Shown: in pieces, positions 56,667 to 64,000 of the stretch
How positions within the stretch are numbered: the stretch's first letter is position 1
Layout of the letters: each line of letters starts with the position of its first letter
Notes under the pieces: model-generated
Told to the model about the DNA's origin: nothing
Databases searched by the model: none
The model's input: only the letters and a program-made list of their open reading frames with translations
IMG/VR virus record: IMGVR_UViG_3300009873_000020
Coordinates: 1,387 to 65,386 of that record
Reading direction: 5' to 3' (one strand)
DNA: 64,000 bases
From: a virus
Taxonomy: Duplodnaviria; Caudoviricetes
Program-made: the position numbers and the translations under genes

Positions 56667-57862
56667 TTAAACTCCTCTCCGACAAGCTCAAGCACTGGCC
56701 GCCTTGCGTCTGACTCGGGCACAAGCGTTGGCGAACCTTCGGGCTTGATGGTCAGGTGCTCAATTTTACCCTTGCCGATCTCTTTCTCGACCGCCATCAA
56801 TCCCTTTAGTTTCTTCTCATACGGCTCCTTCACGCCGAGCTGCACCAGGCCGTCAGCAACTTTGTCCTTGTCCGCAATCCATTCGCGGCGGCTCCGGCCC
56901 GGCACGAGCTTCCAGCCTGGAATGGTCTGGCCGTCACGAAGTAAGTGCATGGCGTACTTTTCCGCCGCCTCAAGGAACGCTCTCACGTCCTGGCGGACGG
57001 AAAGGAGTTTTGAGAGTTTCTCGGGCGTAAAGACGAATTGACTGAGCGCGTTGTCGTCCGGCTCCACGAAGTCAAGCCCCGCCTGTCGGTTTAGGTAATC
57101 GGCGTGCGTGTTACAAACACCCTTGGCGGGACAAAAGCGGCAGTGCTCGCCCGCCTCGAAGGTCGGGTTTTTCTGGGCTATCTGCCAGTAGGCGCGCTCC
57201 GCACCCTCCCGGAAGGTCTTGGCCCAGGCGTCCAGGTCGGTGGCTTCCAACACCGTCTCGCTGTACCACTCCTCCAGGCGCGGCTGCACGATCACGACCC
57301 GAACGCGCTCTAAAGCTTTCCGGGACATGCTCTTTAGGGCCGTTGCGTAGTAGGCGAGCTGCGGGTTCCCTTCGGCCTTGACCGGCACACCGCGCCCGTA
57401 CTTCAGATCCACGATCAGCCCTTCGGCCTTCCCGCCTCTCGTGCCGGAGGCGACGAAATCAACGGTGCCGTAGAGCGCCAACTCCTCATCGAGCGTGAGT
57501 TTTACTTCGGGCTTGGCGTGCGGCCTTTCCAGCTCGGCCAGGTAGTCGTGGCAGACCGCCACGTAGCTCATGACGTAATCCACCATCGAGCGGCCCGTGT
57601 CGTCGGTCGTGTCCGCATACTCAGGCCGCAACGTCTCAACCCAGGCGTGATCGATGGCGTTCTTCGACAACCAGTCCCGAACGATCTTTTCCGCTAGCTC
57701 GTGGGCCTTGGTGCCCTCTTCGGCGTAGCGGGAAGGGGGAAGCGGCGGCAAGGTGGCAGCTAACCCCACACTGCCGGGACAAGCAAGCCACCTTGAGCTT
57801 GACGAGGCCGAGCAAAGGCTATGCCCCCGCCCGGCGTGATTAATCAGCGCAAGCTCTTTCAT
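56663..57862 (-). CDS. DUF2800 PD-(D/E)XK exonuclease (Cas4-like fold)
   Basis: LCSASSSSRW.ACPGS, AEEGTKAH, GTVD, IVDLKYG.G, NPQL..Y, IVQPR, HCRFCPAK..C. Confidence 0.92.
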   Translation of the reverse strand: MKELALINHAGRGHSLCSASSSSRWLACPGSVGLAATLPPLPPSRYAEEGTKAHELAEKIVRDWLSKNAIDHAWVETLRPEYADTTDDTGRSMVDYVMSYVAVCHDYLAELERPHAKPEVKLTLDEELALYGTVDFVASGTRGGKAEGLIVDLKYGRGVPVKAEGNPQLAYYATALKSMSRKALERVRVVIVQPRLEEWYSETVLEATDLDAWAKTFREGAERAYWQIAQKNPTFEAGEHCRFCPAKGVCNTHADYLNRQAGLDFVEPDDNALSQFVFTPEKLSKLLSVRQDVRAFLEAAEKYAMHLLRDGQTIPGWKLVPGRSRREWIADKDKVADGLVQLGVKEPYEKKLKGLMAVEKEIGKGKIEHLTIKPEGSPTLVPESDARRPVLELVGEEFK

Positions 57863-57868
57863 TTGTCG

Positions 57869-58447
57869 TTAAAGATAGTCGCCGGAATCTTGACCCAACT
57901 CCTCTACTTCATCAAAATCATTCTGTGGATTTCCCCCACCACCGCCAAAGCGCTCACCGTGGCCGAGCCACTGAATGTTTTGAAGATAGAAAGTTACACC
58001 CGGTTTCCCTCCTTGCTCGTATGAGCCAGGAACTAAACTCATCCTGGCCCAGCAGCCGGGATAAAACTGCTCCGGATCGTGAAGCGGCTGTTTGTCTGGT
58101 CCAATAATGCCGGGTTTTAAGCTCGACTTTGCTTTTATGTACCAATGGCCAGCATAGCCACCAAGATTGTCTTTTTCGTCGCCGTCACGAATCGGGTTAT
58201 GCACCAAGTCCGCCAATGACTTTATTTTTGACCCGTGAGCCTCCTTTGCAACCTTCATCAATGCTTGTTCCAGTAACGACATGTCTGTATTTTTCGGAAA
58301 CAACAAGGTTAGTTCGTACTTATCGCTTGGATATTTGCCGCTCGTGTTTTTCTCATATACATGCGGAAACGAGACCCGCCCTTTGGGGCTTGTCACCTTT
58401 TCTCCATACACGTCTTTCTTAGCTTGCTTTGCCATACGTTTCTCCAT
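57869..58447 (-). CDS. DUF2815 ssDNA-binding protein
   Basis: RVSFP.V, KY..TLL.PK, P.RDGD, FYPGCWAR, GV.FYL.NIQ...GE.FGGG. Confidence 0.92.
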   Translation of the reverse strand: MEKRMAKQAKKDVYGEKVTSPKGRVSFPHVYEKNTSGKYPSDKYELTLLFPKNTDMSLLEQALMKVAKEAHGSKIKSLADLVHNPIRDGDEKDNLGGYAGHWYIKAKSSLKPGIIGPDKQPLHDPEQFYPGCWARMSLVPGSYEQGGKPGVTFYLQNIQWLGHGERFGGGGGNPQNDFDEVEELGQDSGDYL

Positions 58448-59777
58448 TCGTTATAAACGGGATCGTTTGCCTGCCGGGAGAATCCCGAACGGCATCTGTT
58501 CCCAAAGTTGTCTCGATGTTCCGTTGTTTTCGGATGACGGCAGAAGTCACCGCTTCATCCAAAGAGTCCGGCACGACGAGGTAAAAAATCCGCGTGATGT
58601 CTGTTTGCCCGATGCGAAAACAGCGTCCTTCCGCTTGTTCATTATCGCTCGGCACCCAGCTCGATTCGACCAACACGACTGCTCTGGCAGCGGTCAGAGT
58701 GATGCCTACGCTTGCAGCAAGGAGCGAGCCTAAGAAAACACGAGACTTGCCTGCTTGAAAATCATTCACCGCGTTTTGACGCTCGACTGGGGGAGTGTCG
58801 CCCAACAACGTAACGAACGTGACGCCAGCCGCGTCGAATTCCCGCCCCAAAGCCGAGATTACTTCCTTGTGGTGCGCCATCACCACCACCTGACGTTCCT
58901 CTTCGAGCAGGTCCAAGATGAACTTGGCAGCAGGAAGGCTCTTGGCAACCCCCAGCTCACGCCGCAAGGTTGATAGATGTGGCACAGCGACAGATTGCCC
59001 CGCCTCGACCGCCTCAAGCACTTCTTTCAAGCATGTAAGGGATTCGGTAATCAGCCGCTTTGTATCGGAACCTTTGAGCGACAACGGCACTTGTTGGCGT
59101 ACAAGCGGCGGCAAGGAAGCGAGCACTTCCTCTTTTGAACGTCTGATCATGAACCGCTCGCGGGCAAGCTTCCCCAGCTCTTTTAGGTTTCGGCTCCCGT
59201 TATACTGAACACCCCAAGGGGTAATTTCCTTAATGCAGTATCGCTCGACGAACTTATGCCAGTTGCCAAAAAGCTCGGGACAGAAGGCGGTAAAGATCGG
59301 CTGAAGCTCGAGGGCCCTTCCGTTTGGTAGAGGTGTGCCAGTAATGGCGATTACTTTCATTGCTTTTGGAGCCAATATTTTAAGGCAAGCTTTAGTCCGC
59401 TTCGAGCGGGAGGACTTCAAAAAGTGCACTTCGTCAAGTATCAACACGTCCCAGGGTTGGGCGCTGAGTTTATCAAGGACTGAAGGGCGCGCCGCAAGGT
59501 CATACGAAACCACTACAACAGAGCTTTCTGGCGTTTCAGCCCCTCGCATCATGGGCCAGGCGGCAATGTCGGCCCACATCTTAAATTCCCTTACCCAATT
59601 TAGGCGAAGTGAAGCCGGACAAACGACCAGGATGGTTTTAGCCCCGATTGCTTTGCAAGCTAAAATGGCCTGTGCCGTCTTGCCCGCACCGGGCGGGTCG
59701 GCTAATAGTACGTGGTGAAAGCGATTCGTCATTACCTCCACCCCTTCTACTTGATATGGAAACGGCTCTTTTTTCAT
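58419..59777 (-). CDS. SNF2-family helicase
   Basis: PFPYQ, LADPPGAGKT, LILDEVH, TGTPLPN, GITLT.A, W.P....QAEGR..RIGQ. Confidence 0.95.
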   Translation of the reverse strand: MKKEPFPYQVEGVEVMTNRFHHVLLADPPGAGKTAQAILACKAIGAKTILVVCPASLRLNWVREFKMWADIAAWPMMRGAETPESSVVVVSYDLAARPSVLDKLSAQPWDVLILDEVHFLKSSRSKRTKACLKILAPKAMKVIAITGTPLPNGRALELQPIFTAFCPELFGNWHKFVERYCIKEITPWGVQYNGSRNLKELGKLARERFMIRRSKEEVLASLPPLVRQQVPLSLKGSDTKRLITESLTCLKEVLEAVEAGQSVAVPHLSTLRRELGVAKSLPAAKFILDLLEEERQVVVMAHHKEVISALGREFDAAGVTFVTLLGDTPPVERQNAVNDFQAGKSRVFLGSLLAASVGITLTAARAVVLVESSWVPSDNEQAEGRCFRIGQTDITRIFYLVVPDSLDEAVTSAVIRKQRNIETTLGTDAVRDSPGRQTIPFITNGETYGKAS

Positions 59778-59841
59778 GTTGTCTACGTATAGTAAACATG
59801 TTAAAGGTTTTTTGTAAACTATTTTTCTCGAGAAAAGCAAT

Positions 59842-60018
59842 ATGCAGGAACCTAAAGCAAAACCGGCGCGTTACGCCATCTTTTCAATCAGGGTGTTAGA
59901 GTCTGATTTGCGAGAATTACGCCGCATGGCGCGACAACGAAAGCGCTCTCGGAACTCTCTCATCATGGAGGCCGTTAAGCAGTATTTAGAGAGAGAACTA
60001 TACCAAGACGCGGCATAA
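59842..60018 (+). CDS. 58-aa Arc/ribbon-helix-helix regulator (not in ORF track)
   Basis: FSIRV strand, L..LRRMA....RSRNSLI.EAV..YL. Confidence 0.7.
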   Translation: MQEPKAKPARYAIFSIRVLESDLRELRRMARQRKRSRNSLIMEAVKQYLERELYQDAA

Positions 60019-60035
60019 AGGAGCCTTGCGCCATT

Positions 60036-62366
60036 ATGCTCGCTGATGAAAAACTCGTACTGGACACGGCGCGCCAGTACATCGAGGCCGGTATTGCCTG
60101 CACCCCCCTTGCGGCCCCAAGGCTAAACGTGGAAGGAACGGGCAAAAGCCCGGTACTAAACGAATGGCAGCATCAAAGACTCACCTTCGAGGCGTTCAAA
60201 AGGACTTTTAGTCCCGGCATGAACCTCGGCGTCGTGTGCGGGGAGATGTCGGGCATCGTGGTCGTCGACATCGACCCCAAGCGCGGCGGGATGCGGTGGT
60301 TTGTCGAAAACGAGCTTGAGTTCGGGGCTTGCGTCAAAGAACACACCGGCTCAGGAGGCATCCACCTCTACTACCGCCTGCCCCGGCTCCTGGTGGCGAA
60401 CTCAAAAGACGGCATCGCTCCCGGCGTCGAGGTGCTCGTCACCGGGCGGCAATGCGTCACCTGGCCCTCAGTCCATGCCTGCGGGAAACCGTACTTCATC
60501 GAAAACGGCCTCACGCTTCTTGACGTGGAGCACGAGGCGGACGAGCTGCCGGGCTGGATAGTCGACCTGGTCGGGAAGGCGAGGGTACCGGACGCTTTGG
60601 GGCTTGAAGGCTTCACGGATGCCCCGCACAACGTCGAGCGGGTGCGGGAAATTCTTTTGGCCTTCCCGCCAGCCGTACAGGGGCAGGGAGGCGATAACCA
60701 AACCTATCGGGCCTCGTGCCTCGGACGCGACTACGGCCTCTCTCCCGACGCTTTCTGGCCGCTCCTTGAGGAGTACAACGAGCGCTGCATCCCAGCGTGG
60801 AACGAGCGTGATTTGAAGAAAAAGCTTCAAAACGCCTACAAGTACAACCGAAACGGCATCGGGGCAAAAACCCCGGAGGCGGAATTCAGTGACGATCCGC
60901 CGCTCGACCAGCCGCTCAAAGAGTCCGAAGAGGCCGAACAAGAAGAGCGCATGACAGGAAAGGTCACTTATCCCCTAAAACACCCCACTCGTTCAGCCCT
61001 TCTTTTCATTTCACGCCGGGAAGGGCAAATACGCTATAAGGACGATCAAGGCTACTGGTACGATCAGGACGCAAAAAAATGGCAGCTCCTTGAGGAATCA
61101 ACTTTAAAGAGTCTAATCGACCATGACATCTTAACCGTGAGTCCAAAGCGCTACTCTGGCGTAAAGCCCGCACAGGTCCGAAACATTGCCGAGCGCGTAA
61201 AGGTCATGCTAAACGATCCGCGTTTTAATGCCGAACCCGACCAGTGGCTAAACGGCACAACAGGCGATTTCGTATCGGTCGAAAATGGCATCCTCGATCT
61301 TCATACCCTAGAGCTTGTGCCTCATACGCATGAATGGTTTAGCTTTACACGCTTGCCGTTTGCATACGATCCAAACGCCACAGCCCCACAGTTCGAAAAG
61401 TTCCTTCACTCGATCTGGGACGACGATGAAGACCTAAAGGACTGCCTAAAACTTTGGATGGGGTATTTACTCCTCTCTGACTCCCTGGCTCAAAAGTTCG
61501 CCCTCTTTATCGGCGCTAGCCGAGCGGGGAAGGGAGTCCTGACCCGGGTAATCGAGCGTATCCTTGGCGCAAACAACTGCTCTTCCTGCACCATGACGGG
61601 GCTTGCGGGAGAATTCGGCCTGACGGGGCTGTTGGGCAAAAAAGCAGCGTTCTTCCACGACGCCTACAAAGCCCAAGGGTCACTCGGGGACGTAGCGACG
61701 GAGCGTCTCATCTCAATCGTGGGCGGCGACCCGCAGTACATCAACGTGAAGTTCAAAAATCCCTACACCACGTCCCTTCGGGCCAAAATTATGCTGGTCT
61801 GTAACGACCTGCCCGCGTTCGTAAACAATCGGGGCGCTCTGTCGAACCGGATGCTGGTATTCCCGTTTTCAAAGACCTTTGCCGGTAACGAGGACGAGGG
61901 GCTATCGGACCGGCTGGCCACGGAAGCGGCGGGCATCTTCAACTGGGCGCTCGAAGGGGCAGTTCGGCTTCGGGCCGGTGAGAGGCTCAGGCAGCCAAAG
62001 AGCGCCAACGCCATGTTCGAGGAGATAAAACGTGCCCTGGATTCAACTCTGGCGTTCGTGCATGACGAAATCGAATTTTCGGAACCGCCAGAACCGTGGG
62101 CCAAATCAGAGGACGCTCAGGAAGACCCGTACGTAGCGACAGACGACCTTTACCGCGCCTACTGCCAGTGGTGCCGAGAATCGAACCACATGCCGAAATC
62201 TCGCCGGAAGTTCATCATGGCGTTCAAGTCCGCCTGTCCCGAGCAGGTTGAACACAAAAAGGTCCGGATCGGAGAAAAAACCGCCTGGGCCTTAACCAAT
62301 GTGCAGCTCGTCAACTCCGACTTTGACGACGCTAAGCCGCAAAACACCAGTTCAAAATACCACTAA
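60036..62366 (+). CDS. Bifunctional primase-polymerase fused to P4/D5-type SF3 helicase
   Basis: NLGVVCG..SGIVVVDID, TGSGGIHLYY; PriCT-2-like middle; D5_N NGILDL; Walker A G.SRAGKG. Confidence 0.93.
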   Translation: MLADEKLVLDTARQYIEAGIACTPLAAPRLNVEGTGKSPVLNEWQHQRLTFEAFKRTFSPGMNLGVVCGEMSGIVVVDIDPKRGGMRWFVENELEFGACVKEHTGSGGIHLYYRLPRLLVANSKDGIAPGVEVLVTGRQCVTWPSVHACGKPYFIENGLTLLDVEHEADELPGWIVDLVGKARVPDALGLEGFTDAPHNVERVREILLAFPPAVQGQGGDNQTYRASCLGRDYGLSPDAFWPLLEEYNERCIPAWNERDLKKKLQNAYKYNRNGIGAKTPEAEFSDDPPLDQPLKESEEAEQEERMTGKVTYPLKHPTRSALLFISRREGQIRYKDDQGYWYDQDAKKWQLLEESTLKSLIDHDILTVSPKRYSGVKPAQVRNIAERVKVMLNDPRFNAEPDQWLNGTTGDFVSVENGILDLHTLELVPHTHEWFSFTRLPFAYDPNATAPQFEKFLHSIWDDDEDLKDCLKLWMGYLLLSDSLAQKFALFIGASRAGKGVLTRVIERILGANNCSSCTMTGLAGEFGLTGLLGKKAAFFHDAYKAQGSLGDVATERLISIVGGDPQYINVKFKNPYTTSLRAKIMLVCNDLPAFVNNRGALSNRMLVFPFSKTFAGNEDEGLSDRLATEAAGIFNWALEGAVRLRAGERLRQPKSANAMFEEIKRALDSTLAFVHDEIEFSEPPEPWAKSEDAQEDPYVATDDLYRAYCQWCRESNHMPKSRRKFIMAFKSACPEQVEHKKVRIGEKTAWALTNVQLVNSDFDDAKPQNTSSKYH

Positions 62367-62367
62367 A

Positions 62368-62690
62368 TCCTGTTCCGGTTCTCTTTTAGAAGCGGTACAG
62401 AGTTCCGGAACAGAATGGTCCGAAAGGGACTTTTAGGCCCGACGGCTCATGATCTGTTCCGGTAGTTCCGGAACACAGTATCAGTACCGGAACAGAAGCG
62501 GAACAAAGGCATTATGAATCAGTTCAATGATTTACGGTGTGTTTTTGGGGATCTGTTCCGTTGTTCCGGAATTTTTCTAATTAATAAGATCCTCAAAAAA
62601 AAGCAAAAAACGATAAAAAATAGGATACAGAAAAAGTATATAAAAGGTTAGGCGAAACTTGCGGAACAACGGAACACGAGAAAACGGCGG
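62368..62690. promoter_or_regulatory. Candidate replication origin: clustered GTTCCG/CGGAAC iterons and A-rich tract
   Basis: Palindrome GTTCCGGAAC at 62402-62411 and 62465-62474 plus many half sites; A tract about 62575-62650. Confidence 0.65.
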
Positions 62691-62695
62691 TTGAT

Positions 62696-63103
62696 TTGAG
62701 AAGGTGGACCAAAAGGAACAAGTACGGCTCGATCCCCACCAAGGTGGGGTATGAACTACTCGACTCAAAGCGCGAGGCGGGGGATTACGTGAAGTTGCAG
62801 ATTTTGGCCAAGGCGGGAAAGATCGCCGAGCTGAAGCGACAGGCCCGAGTGCCCCTGATCGTGAGTGGCTCCAAGGTGGCCGACTACATCTGCGACTTTA
62901 CCTACTTCGAGCCGGGCCGGATGGAGCTAGGGGCATACGAGCCCCAGGTCCGGTGGCTCGTGAGGAGGATTTATGACGCGGAGTTCGATTCCGAGAAATG
63001 GCGGTTTGTGCTGCATGATTCTAAAGGCTGGCGGACTCAAGTGTATTCGCTCAAGGCAAAACTCGTTAAAGCCCTGTACGGCATCACGATACGGGAGACG
63101 TGA
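62696..63103 (+). CDS. DUF1064-like PD-(D/E)XK nuclease
   Basis: RNKYG, DSK.EA..Y..L, L.RQ.R..L, YI.DF.Y, D.KG..T..Y.LK.KL. Confidence 0.85.
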   Translation: MRRWTKRNKYGSIPTKVGYELLDSKREAGDYVKLQILAKAGKIAELKRQARVPLIVSGSKVADYICDFTYFEPGRMELGAYEPQVRWLVRRIYDAEFDSEKWRFVLHDSKGWRTQVYSLKAKLVKALYGITIRET

Positions 63104-63382
63104 CTAAACCTCCTCCCCCTCCGCCGCCTGCTCCACCATGCGGTCAAACTCCTCTTCGCTCGACGCCCTCTCAAGGCACGCGAACGCGAAGCTTATCTCC
63201 TTGAGCGCGTCGGACACCTTGAGGCCGAGTTCGGGAAGGAAGGTTTCCTGCATCATGCCGAGATCGTCCAGGCATTCGCGGTCGAAGCGCACCGTAAAGC
63301 TCAAGCAGAACTGACACGTATGCTTGTCGCGCATGTCGATGACGAGCATTTCCTTTAGCCGCCGCGTTTTCCAGGATTCCAT
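63104..63382 (-). CDS. Hypothetical protein
   Basis: 92-aa ORF antisense to flanks. Confidence 0.45.
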   Translation of the reverse strand: MESWKTRRLKEMLVIDMRDKHTCQFCLSFTVRFDRECLDDLGMMQETFLPELGLKVSDALKEISFAFACLERASSEEEFDRMVEQAAEGEEV

Positions 63383-63440
63383 ACGCCCACCCTACCACAC
63401 GCCCGCTTGCGCATCAGCATCAATTGTGTACCATCGCCTT

Positions 63441-63827
63441 ATGCCACGAAGACCGCCACGCCCCTGCTCCAAGCCCGGATGCCCGTCCCTCGTGTTCGCC
63501 GAGCGTAGCTACTGCCCCGAACACCAGCGCGAGGTGTGGCGCCACGAGGACGAGCTAAAGCTCGAGCGTTACCCCGAAGAGGTCAAGTTCTACAAGTCAG
63601 CAGCGTGGCGCAAAACTAGCGACCAGCACCTCCAAGACGAGCCGCTCTGTCGTGAGTGCAGGCGTCAGGGCAGGATGGTGTTGGCTACGCTTACGGATCA
63701 CATCACGCCCGTGCGTCAAGGCGGGAATCGTTGGTGCGAGTCGAACCTAGCGTCCTTGTGCGACTATTGCCACAACGCCAAGAGGGCCAGAGAGGCGCAT
63801 CACTATCCTGTTGTTAAAGCATCCTGA
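63441..63827 (+). CDS. Terminase-associated HNH endonuclease (HK97 gp74-like)
   Basis: MPRRPPRPC.KPGC, FY.S..WR, PLCREC, TDHI.P...GG......NL.SLC..CH. Confidence 0.9.
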   Translation: MPRRPPRPCSKPGCPSLVFAERSYCPEHQREVWRHEDELKLERYPEEVKFYKSAAWRKTSDQHLQDEPLCRECRRQGRMVLATLTDHITPVRQGGNRWCESNLASLCDYCHNAKRAREAHHYPVVKAS

Positions 63828-63870
63828 GTTGTGCGATAGTAGTGTTGCGGGGAACGCAAACGTACACAAC

Positions 63871-63923
63871 TGTCGTTTCTTTAGACAGATTGGTGTCGTT
63901 TCTTTAGACAGATTGGTGTCGTT
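63871..63923. repeat. 23-bp tandem repeat, 2.3 copies
   Basis: TGTCGTTTCTTTAGACAGATTGG at 63871-63893 and 63894-63916, partial third. Confidence 0.9.
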
Positions 63924-64000
63924 CTTTTGTACACTGTACAAACTTTGGACAGGGGGGGTGTCTCATCTCTAGACACTTTTGCCCCAGGACCGGCCCCGCA

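Noticed and set aside
56663-57862. Cas4 / CRISPR adaptation gene
   Set aside because: Motifs and the DUF2815 neighbour fit the ordinary phage DUF2800 exonuclease; no other cas genes.
1-64000. CRISPR array or diversity-generating retroelement
   Set aside because: No repeat-spacer array with unique spacers, no reverse transcriptase and no TR/VR pair seen; the repeats found are coding or very short.
1-64000. Genome-wide UGA recoding suggested by the possible UCA anticodon
   Set aside because: Many well-defined genes end in TGA, often in ATGA overlaps, and conserved genes are not broken by internal TGA.

Overview
Nearly complete (~64 kb of a probably ~66 kb) temperate, HK97-type siphovirus genome. 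It opens inside the terminase large subunit and ends just before the expected terS/cos region. Order: head (1-6.8 kb), neck/tail with a -1 frameshift chaperone (6.8-18.7 kb), fibre/accessory structural genes (18.7-24.3 kb), lysis region (24.3-27.9 kb), repressor and small early genes (28.3-35.5 kb), an integrative-mobilisable-element-like block with coupling protein, Xis, Int and a tRNA-Phe attP (35.6-43.85 kb), an accessory region (43.8-56.7 kb), then replication and packaging genes with an iteron-rich origin candidate (56.7-64 kb). Best leads: (1) an Hpt-domain/coiled-coil/TM protein in the holin position, translationally coupled to the endolysin, plus an intact orphan receiver protein elsewhere, suggesting phosphorelay input into lysis; (2) a tail-tip protein apparently split by insertion of a helical-barrel domain that has a free exported paralogue in the same genome; (3) a 423-bp TIR/TSD-bounded mini-element carrying an atypical tRNA; (4) a conjugative-mobilisation module inside a phage. 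All family assignments are from motif recognition by eye; no database searches were run.
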